64,000 nt of DNA from an uncultured delta proteobacterium (GTDB lineage: Bacteria; Myxococcota; Kuafuiibacteriia; Kuafuiibacteriales; Kuafuiibacteriaceae). The position numbers and the translations under genes are program-made. This document shows, piece after piece, positions 26,517-40,317 of this stretch; the first letter of the stretch is position 1, and the number at the start of each line of letters is the position of its first letter. The notes beneath the pieces were generated by a model. The model was not told where the DNA came from, searched no databases, and saw only the letters and a list, made by a program, of their open reading frames with translations. Location: positions 1,952,001 to 2,016,000 of the forward strand of contig CAWDML010000001.1 of the NCBI GenBank assembly GCA_963803435.1, in the 5' to 3' direction.

Positions 26517-27911
26517 ATGACCAGTGTTCATATCAATCCACAGATCGGTCGCGTCGACACCGGCGCGAGGAACATCGGCGATCTCAACCAAGCGCTCGAG
26601 AAGCTCGAGGCACAGGCGCGTGATCAACCGTTCGTGCGCGCGCTCCCTGCGGACGCGAAGGAGATCGGTCAGGTCGCGTTGTGGATGGGAATCGATGCGT
26701 CGAACAACGTTCTGCTCGTCGAGAACAAGGGCAAGCTCCAGCTCTGGGAGCAGGACTTCGGACCTCGGATGGGCGGGCGCCCGGGCTTCGGATCGCAGTA
26801 TCGCCGGATCGCGGATCTCGGCCGGGCGTTGACGACCGACGGGCAGTTCGATGACCGCGCCAAGGCGTTCGAGTACCTGGCGATGGAGGGCCAGCTGAAT
26901 CCGGGCCGCGATCGCTGGGAGATCGCGATGACGGCGGACGGGCAGCTCTACGTCGAGAAGCCGCGCGTCGACGCACGGCACACGATCCTCGCGGTCCTCC
27001 CGCCCCAGGCGGTCGGGAACGGCGTCGACATCGGGACCGCTCTCCCGGCGCCGACCGGTACAGCCGGCGCGGGCGGCGTCGCCCTGGTCAAGCCCGAGCG
27101 CGTCGACGACGGAGGCGTCGCCACGCTGCGCGTCCAGCTCCAGCACGAGCTCACCGCGCAAGGAAGCGGCCGCCCGGCCGGCCTGTGGGGCAAGCTCCCG
27201 GGCGACCTGATCATTCAGGGCGCGGACGGAACCGAGCACCGGACGAGGGAGATCTATCTGGGACAGGCGCGCGAAACGCTGGGCGGCGAGGGTGCGTACG
27301 TGCGTCTCAACGGCGTCGTCGCCAATGTCCACACGCCTCCCGGTCCGACGTCACCGAATGGGACCGACTACGCGATCCTCGAGGGCATCTCGAACTTGAC
27401 CGCGCATCAGCCCGAGCAGCGTCGCGGCGCGAACGGCGAGATCCAGTTCTTCAGCAGCGTCTCGGGGCAGCGGATCGACGTTCTCAACTTCATGGAGCGA
27501 TTCATCCCCGATCTGCCCAGCAGTGACCTGGCGATCGACTGGGGACAGAAGGGCCGAGGGCGCTCCAAGCAGATCGGTACCGCCTTCCTGGGCTCGGAGG
27601 GAGGCTTCTTCCGGGGCGCTCCGTTCCACGGCTTCAGCGCGTCGCTCAAGATCATGAGGCCGGAGCGGAGCGACGTCCTGGCGCTGAAGCGCGAAGGCAA
27701 CGAGTGGGTGGACTCGACGACCGGGGAGAAGCTCCGTCGCACGGGCGAGGACCTGCCCGATCGCATGGGCTTCTCGTGGTACTTCAACCCGGCGAACTCC
27801 AAGGTCTACGGCTTCACCGGCGGCGGCATCGCCGACCTGCGAAACAAGGTCGCGGCGGTGATCGATCTGCATCCGGGCCACGCCGGGCCGTTCGATCCGC
27901 TGCACGGGTGA
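26517..27911 (+). CDS. Hypothetical soluble protein (464 aa)
   Basis: SD GGAGGA, GC-rich third positions; no signal peptide or motif recognised. Confidence 0.75.
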   Translation: MTSVHINPQIGRVDTGARNIGDLNQALEKLEAQARDQPFVRALPADAKEIGQVALWMGIDASNNVLLVENKGKLQLWEQDFGPRMGGRPGFGSQYRRIADLGRALTTDGQFDDRAKAFEYLAMEGQLNPGRDRWEIAMTADGQLYVEKPRVDARHTILAVLPPQAVGNGVDIGTALPAPTGTAGAGGVALVKPERVDDGGVATLRVQLQHELTAQGSGRPAGLWGKLPGDLIIQGADGTEHRTREIYLGQARETLGGEGAYVRLNGVVANVHTPPGPTSPNGTDYAILEGISNLTAHQPEQRRGANGEIQFFSSVSGQRIDVLNFMERFIPDLPSSDLAIDWGQKGRGRSKQIGTAFLGSEGGFFRGAPFHGFSASLKIMRPERSDVLALKREGNEWVDSTTGEKLRRTGEDLPDRMGFSWYFNPANSKVYGFTGGGIADLRNKVAAVIDLHPGHAGPFDPLHG

Positions 27912-27929
27912 CGACTCGACCCGGGAGCG

Positions 27930-29393
27930 TCAAGGCTGATCGAAGATGCCGCGGATCCGATCCGCGTCGGGCGCCTCCGGAAAGAGGTCGAGATACCGGC
28001 GATAGTGCTCCTTGGCCTCCGGGATCCGTCCGCTGCTGAGGTAGGCATCCGCGAGCCGGCGGTGCGCGTCGGCGAATCCGTCCTCCAGCTCGACGGCCCG
28101 CGAGAGGGCGACGATCGCCACCTCGTAGCGCCCCTCCTTGAGCGCCTGATCTCCGAATCGATACGCCTGGCGCGCGTCGGTGATCGGCTCGACCAGCGGA
28201 GTGGCGTGCGCGAAGTGCCGCTTGAGCTGAACCCCACCGACGAAGGAGAGCGGCAGCGCGATGACCGCCGCCACCACGAACGCCACCCAGAGAAAGCGCG
28301 GCGTGGTCGGGAAGGACGAGGGCAACGTCTCGTGCACCTCGTAGGGCTCCGGCGGCGCTTGCGGTTGCTGCGCCGGATCGAGCGTGTCGGAGAGAACGCG
28401 CGACAGGAGCTGCGAGCCCAGGCGAACGGTGTCGGTCGGGCCGCGCACGAGGGGCGGTGACGGCACCGCCTCGACGGTCTCCATCATCTCATCGCCGCTC
28501 GCCGTGCGAATGTCCGCCACCCACCGCCGCAGCTCCACCGGCGACGGTCGTGCCGTCGGTTCGGGCGCGATCATCGCCTCCACCAGATCGATCAGCGATG
28601 CGTCCTCAGGCTTGGTGGCCAGGTCGTCGGGCCACTCGATCCGGCGGGGATCGTCGGGTGCGCGCTCACCGGTCAGCATCTCGAAGAGGATGATCCCGAG
28701 CGCATAGATGTCGGAGCGGATGTCGAAGTCCTCGCCGTAGATCCGTTCGGGCGACATGTACTGCGGCGTGCCGACGACGTGGTTGGTCTTGGTGAGTCGC
28801 GTGAGGTCGTCGGCGCGCGCGAGACCGAAGTCCATCAGTACGGCGCTGCCGTCGCGCCGGATCATCACGTTGCCCGGCTTCAGATCGCGGTGCACGATCC
28901 CGTGCTGATCCAGGTGGAGCAGCGCCTCGATCATCTCGCCGCCGATGGTGAGGACCTCCGGGACACGCATCCGACCTCGCGCGCGCAGGTGCTCACCTAG
29001 TGATTTCCCGTCGAGACGCTCCATCACCAGAAACGCCAGCTCGTATCCCAGCGGATGCGCCGCGATTCCGTGGCTGTGCAGGCGGACCACGTTCGGGTGC
29101 TGGAGGCGCTCGAGCGTCGCCACCTCCTGCATGAAGCGGCGCATCGCGTGGCTCCCGGGGGCTTCCAGCCACTTCTTCTCGATCGTCTTGACCGCGTAAG
29201 GCCTGCCATCGGGGCCGCGCGCGTCGTACACGAGCGCCATACCGCCCCGTCCCAGCATTCCGACGACGTCATACTCGCCGATTCGCTGCACCTGGCCGGT
29301 ATCGGAGATCGCGATGGGCACCGCATCGGGGAGCGTAGCGTCGAGGCGCCCGAGCCGGGTGGCACCGTCATCCTGGGGAGACCGCTCGACCAC
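27930..29393 (-). CDS. Hanks-type Ser/Thr protein kinase with TM and C-terminal TPR
   Basis: LGRGGM..VY, AVK, HRDLKPGN, DFGLA, GTPQYMSPE, SDIYALG; start GTG 29393 estimated. Confidence 0.92.
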   Translation of the reverse strand: MVERSPQDDGATRLGRLDATLPDAVPIAISDTGQVQRIGEYDVVGMLGRGGMALVYDARGPDGRPYAVKTIEKKWLEAPGSHAMRRFMQEVATLERLQHPNVVRLHSHGIAAHPLGYELAFLVMERLDGKSLGEHLRARGRMRVPEVLTIGGEMIEALLHLDQHGIVHRDLKPGNVMIRRDGSAVLMDFGLARADDLTRLTKTNHVVGTPQYMSPERIYGEDFDIRSDIYALGIILFEMLTGERAPDDPRRIEWPDDLATKPEDASLIDLVEAMIAPEPTARPSPVELRRWVADIRTASGDEMMETVEAVPSPPLVRGPTDTVRLGSQLLSRVLSDTLDPAQQPQAPPEPYEVHETLPSSFPTTPRFLWVAFVVAAVIALPLSFVGGVQLKRHFAHATPLVEPITDARQAYRFGDQALKEGRYEVAIVALSRAVELEDGFADAHRRLADAYLSSGRIPEAKEHYRRYLDLFPEAPDADRIRGIFDQP

Positions 29394-29439
29394 CCGCCTC
29401 ACATTACGGTCTGTAGTATGCTCGCGTCGAGGACACGCC

Positions 29440-30921
29440 CTGAGAACCTCGTCGATCCTCTGGGTGGTGCTGGCCGGCTGCACGCTGGACAAGCCCTTCT
29501 CGCCGGATGACTTTCCGTGCTCCGGTGGAGGTCCCTGCACCCCCGACACCGGCCTCTTCCGGGACGCGCAGCCCGACGCTGGGCCTCCGCCCGATACCGG
29601 CTTCCCCGATGCGGAGCCGAGGGACGCCCAGCCGATGGATGCCCAGCCCATCGACGCCGAGCCGGTCGTCGACTGTCTCGGCGTGGTACCGCTCGCCAAC
29701 AACGGTCTCGGCCAGGGCAACACGACGAACCAGCCGGCGATCTACGAGGGCGGGTGCTTCACGGACGGCGCGCGCGAGGTCGTCTTCGGGATGACGCTGC
29801 CGGGTCGAGCCCGGTCGCTCACCATCAACGCCAACAATCCCAACGCCACGTTCGATCCGGCGCTCCACGTCTATCGGGACGCCTGCCTGCCGCAGGATCG
29901 CGTCGGGTGTGCGGGCACCGACGTCGACGGATACTTCGCGGAGCTCACGCTCGAGCAGGTGGAGGGCGGCAACTACGCGATCGTCGTCGACGGCGACGAG
30001 CCCGGCACCTCCGGTTCGTTCGTGCTGTCGGTCCATGGCGTGATCGCGGCCGGTGAGGCTTGCGATCCCTCCCAAACGTTCCTCACCTGTCAGGTCGGAC
30101 CGTGCACGATGACGGGCACCACCGGCTACGCCTGTCCGCCGCTCAAGGACTGTCCCGACGGCATCGATGCGGACGACGACGGCATGCTGGACGAGGATAC
30201 CTGCGACAATCCGCCCGTCGTCGCGTGCAACGGACCGACCACGGCGGTGCCGGGCACGGGCGTTCTCTTGTCCGCGACGGCCACCGACGACGGCGGGATC
30301 ACGTCCCGAGAGTGGACGATCCTCGAGCGACCGTTCGGATCGCGCGCCGCCGCGATCGCAAATTCCGACAACCTGTTCTTCACCACCGACCTGTTCGGTG
30401 CGTACCGCGCGCGCTATGTCGCGTACGATGCCGAGTACCAGACCGGCGCCTGCGAGGAGGCAGTCTCGGCCACGACGGCGGCCGACCTCTACGCCGAGGT
30501 CTTCTGGCTCGACGAACCGTACGACAACTACGATCTCGACCTCGTCATGATCCACCCGATGTCCCCCGATTGGTCCGACCTCGACCTCGCCTGCACGTAC
30601 AACAACGAATGTGCCGTGACCTGGGGCGCGCAATGGAGCGGCGATGCCCCCGCCTCCCTCACCGCCGCCGAGTCGATCCGCCTCGACGTGGGCGAGACCG
30701 TCGGCGCCTACGGGATCGGCGTCGGCGACTATCTCGAGGCCCCGCGCCAAATCTACGTGAACGTCTACTGCGGAGGCACCCTGAGGCAGACCTTCGGGCC
30801 GATGCTCCTCACCGAGGGGAGCTTCTGGAAGGTCGCCGACGTCTCCCTCCAAACGGATGGGTGCTCGCTCACGCCGCTCAACGTCATCGTCCCCCAGTCG
30901 CAGGCCGACGTGATCAGGTAG
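29440..30921 (+). CDS. Cys-rich extracellular lipoprotein (DAG linker, PPC-like and PKD-like domains)
   Basis: Lipobox LAGC; FDP.LHVY..C, G.Y.IVVDG, DLDL...HP; start uncertain (CTG 29440 after GAGGA). Confidence 0.7.
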   Translation: MRTSSILWVVLAGCTLDKPFSPDDFPCSGGGPCTPDTGLFRDAQPDAGPPPDTGFPDAEPRDAQPMDAQPIDAEPVVDCLGVVPLANNGLGQGNTTNQPAIYEGGCFTDGAREVVFGMTLPGRARSLTINANNPNATFDPALHVYRDACLPQDRVGCAGTDVDGYFAELTLEQVEGGNYAIVVDGDEPGTSGSFVLSVHGVIAAGEACDPSQTFLTCQVGPCTMTGTTGYACPPLKDCPDGIDADDDGMLDEDTCDNPPVVACNGPTTAVPGTGVLLSATATDDGGITSREWTILERPFGSRAAAIANSDNLFFTTDLFGAYRARYVAYDAEYQTGACEEAVSATTAADLYAEVFWLDEPYDNYDLDLVMIHPMSPDWSDLDLACTYNNECAVTWGAQWSGDAPASLTAAESIRLDVGETVGAYGIGVGDYLEAPRQIYVNVYCGGTLRQTFGPMLLTEGSFWKVADVSLQTDGCSLTPLNVIVPQSQADVIR

Positions 30922-30990
30922 GGACTCTAGGCCACAATGTCGGGTGCTGTATTCGTTGGGCAACAGACCTCGAATGGGTAGACTCGAAGC

Positions 30991-32424
<1,434 letters not shown>

Positions 32425-32428
<4 letters not shown>

Positions 32429-33230
32429 ATGTCCGAGGCACGATCTCGATCGCTCTGATCCTGGCGATCACTCTGCCAGCGCCGGCGCTGGCCGCGCCTC
32501 CCCGCCGTGACAAGCGGAAAGCGGCGCAGCTCGCACGGCAGGCCAAGCGGCAGTATCAGCGGAGCGAGTTCATGGACGCCGCCCAGCTCTTCCTGAAGGC
32601 GTACGAGCTCTCGCGGGTGCCGTCGCAGCTGAGAAACGCCGCCAAGTCCTACGAACGCGCCGACGCGCTCGATCAGGCGCTCAAGCAGTGGGAGCAGTAC
32701 CGGGGCCTCAAGGCGATCAGCCGCGACGAGCGCCTGGAGGCCGAGGCCCACGTCGATTCTGATCCACGAGAAGAAGCGGAAGGCGCAGGTCGAAGCCTCG
32801 GTCGAAGCCGCCCAGCACGCCGCCGAGCGCGCTCAGGTCGAGGCCGAGGCGGCCAAGCACGCCGCCCAGGCCTCACGGCTTGCACCGCCGCCTCCGCCCC
32901 CGCCCCCGCCCGCGCTCGTCGTCGAGACCCCGCCGCCCGGCAAGGCCTCGCCCTCGTTCGGTTCCTGGATCTCTGATCGGCTCGGGTGCCGCCATCGGCA
33001 TCGCGAGCGCGATCGTCTGGTTCAGCGCGAAGTCGCAGCTCCACAGCCTCGACCGCCGCCTCGAGACGCGCGGCCTCGACGGCTTGATCTCCGGCACCAC
33101 CCTCCCCGACGCCGAGGACGACTTCGCCACGATCAACCGCAATCGCACAGTCTCGGGCGTGCTTCTCGGCACCTCGCTCGCCGCCCTCATCGCCGGCGGC
33201 GTGTGGCTGACGCTCGACTACGCGCTGTGA
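32425..33230 (+). CDS. Exported TPR protein with Pro linker and C-terminal TM segments; +1 frameshifts at ~32757 and ~32972
   Basis: Signal peptide, F..AY.L...P..L.N.A; corrected reading HVDLIHEKKRK..PPPPPPP..WILIGSGAA. Confidence 0.7.
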
Positions 33231-33261
33231 GCCCCGGCGTCATCGGCAACCGCAGTCAGCG

Positions 33262-34197
33262 TTAGTTCCACGCCAGACCGGCGCGGGTGGACCAATACGT
33301 CGCGGGCGCCTCGATCAGATCGGTGAGCTCGGCGACCTCGTCGAGGGCGAGCGCATTGAGATTGCTCCGCAGCTGTTCGACCGTGGAGGCGCCGGAGAGG
33401 ATGACGTCGGTGAACAATCGCTGGAGCGCGAACGCGAGGGCGACGGCGTCGGGCGTCGTGCCGAGGCGCTCGGTCTCCTCGAGCAACGGCGGTGGAAGCG
33501 GGGCGCGCGGCGTCAGGCGGCCGTTCGCGAGCGCCTCCTTGACGATCACGGTGAGGCCGGCGTCCTTCGCCGCTCGCAGCGCGGGCTCGACCTTGCGCTC
33601 GAGCAGGTTGTAGGTCGCCTGCACGGCGTCGAAGAGGACCTCGCCGTCGACGCGGATTCGGAGGCCTCGCTCGAGCGTCTCCTGCTGGTGGGGGCCGGTC
33701 GTGGTGAAGCCGATGGCCACGCCCTCGGCCTTGAGTCGGACCAGGGCGTCGAGGACGGCGGCATCGTCGAGGACGTTGCTCTCCAGCGTCGCCGAGTGGA
33801 TCTGGTACAGACCGAGGTGGGCGCCGAGCAGGCCGCGCGTCTCGAGGAGCTGCCGCTGGAAGTGCGCGAGCGAGTGATCTTTGATCTCGTGCTTGTCGGC
33901 ATCGACCTTCCAGCCCGCCGTGTACCGGTAACCCCATTTCGAGCCGACGGTGACCTCCCCGGGGCGGAAGCCGCGCCCCACCAGCCAGCTGGCGAGGAAC
34001 TGCTCGGCCTTCCCGTAGGAGCGGGCCGCGTCGAAGTAGCGGACGCCGCCGTCGTACGCCTCGTCCATCACCTGGTGCGCCCGCGCTTCCATCGCGCGCT
34101 CGTCGTAGTCGCCGCCGAGGTCGGCGGCATGGCCGAGATTGATGTACCCCGGTCGTCCCAGCGCAGCGAGGCCGAGGCCGAGACCGCGGAGCCTCAT
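33262..34197 (-). CDS. Aldo/keto reductase
   Basis: GLGLAALGRPGYI, FDAARSYG.AE, SKWGY, LYQIHS, KEALANGRL. Confidence 0.88.
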   Translation of the reverse strand: MRLRGLGLGLAALGRPGYINLGHAADLGGDYDERAMEARAHQVMDEAYDGGVRYFDAARSYGKAEQFLASWLVGRGFRPGEVTVGSKWGYRYTAGWKVDADKHEIKDHSLAHFQRQLLETRGLLGAHLGLYQIHSATLESNVLDDAAVLDALVRLKAEGVAIGFTTTGPHQQETLERGLRIRVDGEVLFDAVQATYNLLERKVEPALRAAKDAGLTVIVKEALANGRLTPRAPLPPPLLEETERLGTTPDAVALAFALQRLFTDVILSGASTVEQLRSNLNALALDEVAELTDLIEAPATYWSTRAGLAWN

Positions 34198-35183
34198 CGC
34201 GCGGCCTCCATCGCCTGCTGCCAGCGCCAGGCGTCGGCGACGATCGTCTCGGCGTCGACGTGCTCCGGTCGCCAGCCGAGCGAACGCTCCGCCACCTCGA
34301 TGTCGCCGGCGATCAGCACGGCCGGATCGCCGGCGCGGCGTGGCTCGCGCTTCACCTCGATCGGACGGCCGGTGACGCGGCCGCACGCGTCCAGGATCTG
34401 CTTCACAGAGAGGCCGGCGCCAGTGCCGAGGTTGAACGCTCGGACCTGCCCCGGCAGCGGCGGGTGGTCGAGCGCCGCGACGTGGGCCCGGACGAGATCG
34501 AGGACGTGGACGTAGTCCCGGATGCAGGTGCCGTCGGGCGTGTCGTAGTCGTCGCCGAAGAGCGAGATCTCCCGCCCATGCCAGGCCGCCGCCAGCGCGT
34601 TCGGGATCAGATGCGTCTCCGGCTCGTGCCGCTCGCCGATGCCGCCGTCGGGGTGCGCGCCAGCGGCGTTGAAATAGCGGAAGCACGTCGCTCCGAACCC
34701 GGTGCCGGCAGCGGCGAAGTCCGAGAGGGCGCGCTCGATCACGGCCTTGGTGGCGCCGTATGGGTTGAGCGGCGCGAGGGGAGCGTCGAGCGGAATCGGC
34801 ACCCGAGCGGGTTCGCCGTAAACGGCCGCGGTCGAGGAGAGCACCAGGCTCTCGACGTCGAAGTCGCGACAGGCGGCCAGCAGACGGAGGCTCCCGGTCA
34901 CGTTGTTGTCGTAGTACTCGAGGGGCATGCGCACCGAGTGTCCGACCAGGTTCATCGCCGCAAAGTGCATCACGACCGTCGGACGGTGCCGGATGAAGAC
35001 ACGGGCGAGCGCGTCGGGATCGCGGACGTCGCCCTCTTCGAACGGACCCCACTTCACGAACTCGCGCCAGCCGGTGCTGAGGTTGTCGAACGTGATCGCG
35101 CGGTGTCCGGCCTCTGCGAGCATTCGGCAGCAGTGGCTCCCCAGGTAGCCGGCGCCGCCCACCACGAGGACAGAGGTGCTCAC
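34194..35183 (-). CDS. galE: UDP-glucose 4-epimerase family (GalE/Uxe-like)
   Basis: GGAGYLGSH, HFAA, SSTAAVYG, PYG.TK, RYFNAAGA, TPDGTCIRDYVHV. Confidence 0.9.
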   Translation of the reverse strand: MSTSVLVVGGAGYLGSHCCRMLAEAGHRAITFDNLSTGWREFVKWGPFEEGDVRDPDALARVFIRHRPTVVMHFAAMNLVGHSVRMPLEYYDNNVTGSLRLLAACRDFDVESLVLSSTAAVYGEPARVPIPLDAPLAPLNPYGATKAVIERALSDFAAAGTGFGATCFRYFNAAGAHPDGGIGERHEPETHLIPNALAAAWHGREISLFGDDYDTPDGTCIRDYVHVLDLVRAHVAALDHPPLPGQVRAFNLGTGAGLSVKQILDACGRVTGRPIEVKREPRRAGDPAVLIAGDIEVAERSLGWRPEHVDAETIVADAWRWQQAMEAAR

Positions 35184-35926
35184 GCGACCACCTCGATCTC
35201 GCCCGGGTGGGCCTTCAACCGCCGGAGGAAGCCGCGCACGCCGACGTACGCGTCGAAGCGCCGGTGCCCGATCCACCGGTGCACCCGCTCGTTCCTGAGG
35301 TAGTAGGCGTCGAGCCGCGGGACCTGGAGGCGGTCATCCATCTCCTCCAGCGTACCCATCCGCGTGGTGACCGCGTAGCTGAAATGCCTGCGGGTGAAGT
35401 CGAGGACCCGCCGGTCGAACCAACCGTACGGATACGCGAACACTTCGGGGGCCCGTCCGACCCGCTGCGCAATCTCGAACTTCGATCCGGCGAGCTCCTC
35501 GTCCAGGGCCCGGTCATCGAGACGGCGCAGGTCCGGGTGCCGGACGCCGTGGCTCTCGATCGACCACCCCTCGGCCGCCAGGCGCCGCACCGCTTCCCAC
35601 CTCATGATCGGAACCGACGGCACGCTCGGATCCTGTCCCGGCCAGGCGTTGTCCTTCCCGGGGAATTGCGTCGGCACGAACAAAGTCGCCGGCACGCCGA
35701 GCGTTCGCAGCAGTGGGGCCGCGACGGTGGCCACGCTCTCGAAGGCGTCGTCGAAGGTGAGCGCGAGCGCGTCGCCCTCGACCTTGCCGCGCAGGAGATC
35801 GAGCAGAGGGACCAGCTCGTGGCCGGCGTCGCGGGCGGCCCGCACCAGCGAGCGAAGCTGATCCGCGCTCACCGACACCACGGAGCCGGAATCGTCGATC
35901 CCGTGGAGCATCACCACCGCACGCAT
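35180..35926 (-). CDS. Polysaccharide deacetylase (NodB-like)
   Basis: LTFDD, SH...H, FAYPYG. Confidence 0.88.
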   Translation of the reverse strand: MRAVVMLHGIDDSGSVVSVSADQLRSLVRAARDAGHELVPLLDLLRGKVEGDALALTFDDAFESVATVAAPLLRTLGVPATLFVPTQFPGKDNAWPGQDPSVPSVPIMRWEAVRRLAAEGWSIESHGVRHPDLRRLDDRALDEELAGSKFEIAQRVGRAPEVFAYPYGWFDRRVLDFTRRHFSYAVTTRMGTLEEMDDRLQVPRLDAYYLRNERVHRWIGHRRFDAYVGVRGFLRRLKAHPGEIEVVA

Positions 35927-35972
35927 CCCGCAACTCCGCTTGCGGAGGATGGCACGAGCTGGACGAAAAGGG

Positions 35973-37097
35973 CTACACCGAACGGAGGAACGACGCCTCG
36001 GCCAGCTCGGCCGCCCGCGACCAGGTGAACGAGGCGGCCCGCACCAGGGCCCTCTTTCGCAGCTCGGCCTGCATCGCCTCGTCCTCGAGCAGCCGGAGGA
36101 TCGCACGCGCGATGTCGTCTGCGGAGAGCGGATCGAAGAGCAGACCGGCGTCGCCGATCACCTCGGGGAGGCTGCCGCGGCGCGACGCGATCACCGGGAC
36201 ACCGCAGGCCATCGCCTCGACCGCGGGCAGCCCGAAGCCCTCGAGCAGCGAGGGCAGCACGAGCGCGGTGGCCGAGGCCAACAGCTCGACCAGCGACTCG
36301 TCCGGGAGATATCCGGTCAACCGCACGCTGCGCTTCAGCACCGGATCGCGCTCGATTTCGAAGAGGAGCTCATCGACGTTGTCGTGGAAGCCGCGGCGGC
36401 TGGTGTCGCCGACGATCGCGAGCTCGACGTCGGGGCGGCGCGCCACCACCGCGGGCCACGCGCGCAGCAGCCCGATCAGGTTCTTGTGGGGGTTGAGGCC
36501 GCCGAGGTAGACGAGCAGCGGATGGGTGCGCGGTCGCTCGCGCGGGCGGAAGATCGGATCGGCCGCCTCGGTGACCACGTCGATCCGAGCCCTCGGGATC
36601 CCGAGCATCATCGAGAGGTCCCACGCCGAGGCCTCCGACACGGTCATCACGCGCGTCGCCTGGAGCTTGGCCAGCCGCGACTTGAGGTTCCAGAAGATGG
36701 CGTTCCTCTTCGACGGGAACGTGAGCTCGGGGTGGCGCTCGGCGATCGTGTCGTGGAAACAGACGACGCAGGGCGTCCGGGACAGCAGCGGGAAGTACGA
36801 GTAGACCGCCGGGAAGAAGAACAGGTCGAACCGCGCCTGCTTCACGGCGCGGGAGAGGCGCAGCATGTCGCCGAGCGAACGGTTGCCCTCGCCCACCGCG
36901 GCCTCCGTAACGGTGCGTCCGGTCGGCCGTGCGATCACCTCCACCGGGAACTCGCGATCGACGGGCCGGTCGATCACCAGCGTATAGCTGAGCTCACGAG
37001 AGCCGCGCGCCGCCAACGCCGTCACCAGCTCCCGCGTGAAGCGGCCGAAGCCACGGTCGTTGTACCAGGTCGTTGCGTCGATGCCGACGCGGATCAT
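35973..37097 (-). CDS. GT4 glycosyltransferase
   Basis: PHKNL, EGFGLP.VEAMACG.PV. Confidence 0.92.
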   Translation of the reverse strand: MIRVGIDATTWYNDRGFGRFTRELVTALAARGSRELSYTLVIDRPVDREFPVEVIARPTGRTVTEAAVGEGNRSLGDMLRLSRAVKQARFDLFFFPAVYSYFPLLSRTPCVVCFHDTIAERHPELTFPSKRNAIFWNLKSRLAKLQATRVMTVSEASAWDLSMMLGIPRARIDVVTEAADPIFRPRERPRTHPLLVYLGGLNPHKNLIGLLRAWPAVVARRPDVELAIVGDTSRRGFHDNVDELLFEIERDPVLKRSVRLTGYLPDESLVELLASATALVLPSLLEGFGLPAVEAMACGVPVIASRRGSLPEVIGDAGLLFDPLSADDIARAILRLLEDEAMQAELRKRALVRAASFTWSRAAELAEASFLRSV

Positions 37098-37112
37098 CGA
37101 TGCGCGCTCAAA

Positions 37113-37447
37113 TCAGCCCGGCCCATGACGCTTGGCCGCGATCAGGTTGTAGACCATGGCGACGCCCCAGCCGATCAGCCCGCCGGTGAGCGCGCCGTAG
37201 AAGAAGCCGAGGAGCGATCCACCCCAGGTGACCTGATAGAACGGGAAGTAGTGGTTGAGCAGCCGGAGCGTGCCGCCGACCGGCTGTCCTGGAGACGGGC
37301 CACGGATGACCAACCAGATGGTGGCGAGGAAGAGGCCGAAGCCTCCCGTCAGGCCGAACACCACCGCCATGATCGACGCCCTGAGGCGCGCGATCGCGGT
37401 ATCGATGGCCTTCCACTCCTCACGGCGGTTCTGCTCTGGTACGGCGT

Positions 37448-37451
<4 letters not shown>
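37113..37451 (-). CDS. Small membrane protein paralogous to the C-terminal domain of the upstream flavoprotein
   Basis: G..GG.GLF..T..LV..G, Y...Y.VTW.G..LG, G...A...N shared with the 37448 ORF tail. Confidence 0.75.
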
Positions 37452-39311
<1,860 letters not shown>

Positions 39312-39312
39312 G

Positions 39313-40317
39313 TCAGCGCGGATCGAGGCGCGCGCGCTGATCCTCGACGACGTCGCGAATGATCTCGTCGAGCAGGCGCCTCGGGCGGAACCCGATGGTG
39401 CGCTCGAGCTTCGAGACGTCCGGCACCCGGCGCATCATGTCTTCGAAGCCCTGCGCATAGGCCTGGTCATACGGGACGAGCACGATCTCCGAACCACTTC
39501 CTGCGGAGGCCCTTACCCTCTCGGCCAGCGTCTTGATCGTGACCTCTTCGTCCGATCCCACGTTGAACACACCGCCCACCACGCGCGTCGGACCGCCGCT
39601 CTCCAGCTCGCGACGGCCGGCCTCGATCAGACGGACCACGGCCTCGACCGTGTCCTTGACGTGGGCAAAGCAGCGGGACTGCGAGCCGTCACCGAAGACG
39701 GTGATCGGCTCGTTCGACACCGCCTGCCGGGCGAAGTTCGGGAGCACCATCCCGTAGCGGCCCGTCTGCGCCGGGCCCACCGTGTTGAAGAACCGGGTGA
39801 TGATGACCGGAACGCGCTTCTCGCGCCAGTAGGCCAGCCCGAGCCACTCGTCGAGGGCCTTGGAGCAGGCATAGGCCCAGCGCGAGTGCGTGGTGGAGCC
39901 GAGCACGAGATCGTCGTCCTCGGCGAACGGGATCTTCGTGCTGTTTCCGTAGACCTCCGAGGTGGAGGCGAGCAGCACCAGCTTCTGCTTCTTGGCAGCC
40001 GCCGCCAACACCGTCTCGGTGCCACGCACGTTCGTCTCGATGGTGTGGATCGGACGCTCCACGATGAGACGGACACCGACCGCTGCGGCGAGATGCACCG
40101 TGACATCCGTGAGGTCGACCAGCTCGCTCACCAGGGGCAAGTCGGTGGCGCTGCCGACACGGTGCTCGAAGCCATCGCGGTCGCGGAGATGGGCGATGTT
40201 CCGCATCGAGCCGGTGGAGAGATCGTCGAGCACGATGACCTCGTCACCGCGATCCAGCAGCTTCGTGGCGAGGTGCGAGCCGATGAATCCGGCGCCGCCC
40301 GTGATGAAGACTTTCAT
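39313..40317 (-). CDS. NAD-dependent nucleotide-sugar epimerase/dehydratase (extended SDR)
   Basis: [40 protein letters not shown]. Confidence 0.9.
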   Translation of the reverse strand: MKVFITGGAGFIGSHLATKLLDRGDEVIVLDDLSTGSMRNIAHLRDRDGFEHRVGSATDLPLVSELVDLTDVTVHLAAAVGVRLIVERPIHTIETNVRGTETVLAAAAKKQKLVLLASTSEVYGNSTKIPFAEDDDLVLGSTTHSRWAYACSKALDEWLGLAYWREKRVPVIITRFFNTVGPAQTGRYGMVLPNFARQAVSNEPITVFGDGSQSRCFAHVKDTVEAVVRLIEAGRRELESGGPTRVVGGVFNVGSDEEVTIKTLAERVRASAGSGSEIVLVPYDQAYAQGFEDMMRRVPDVSKLERTIGFRPRRLLDEIIRDVVEDQRARLDPR

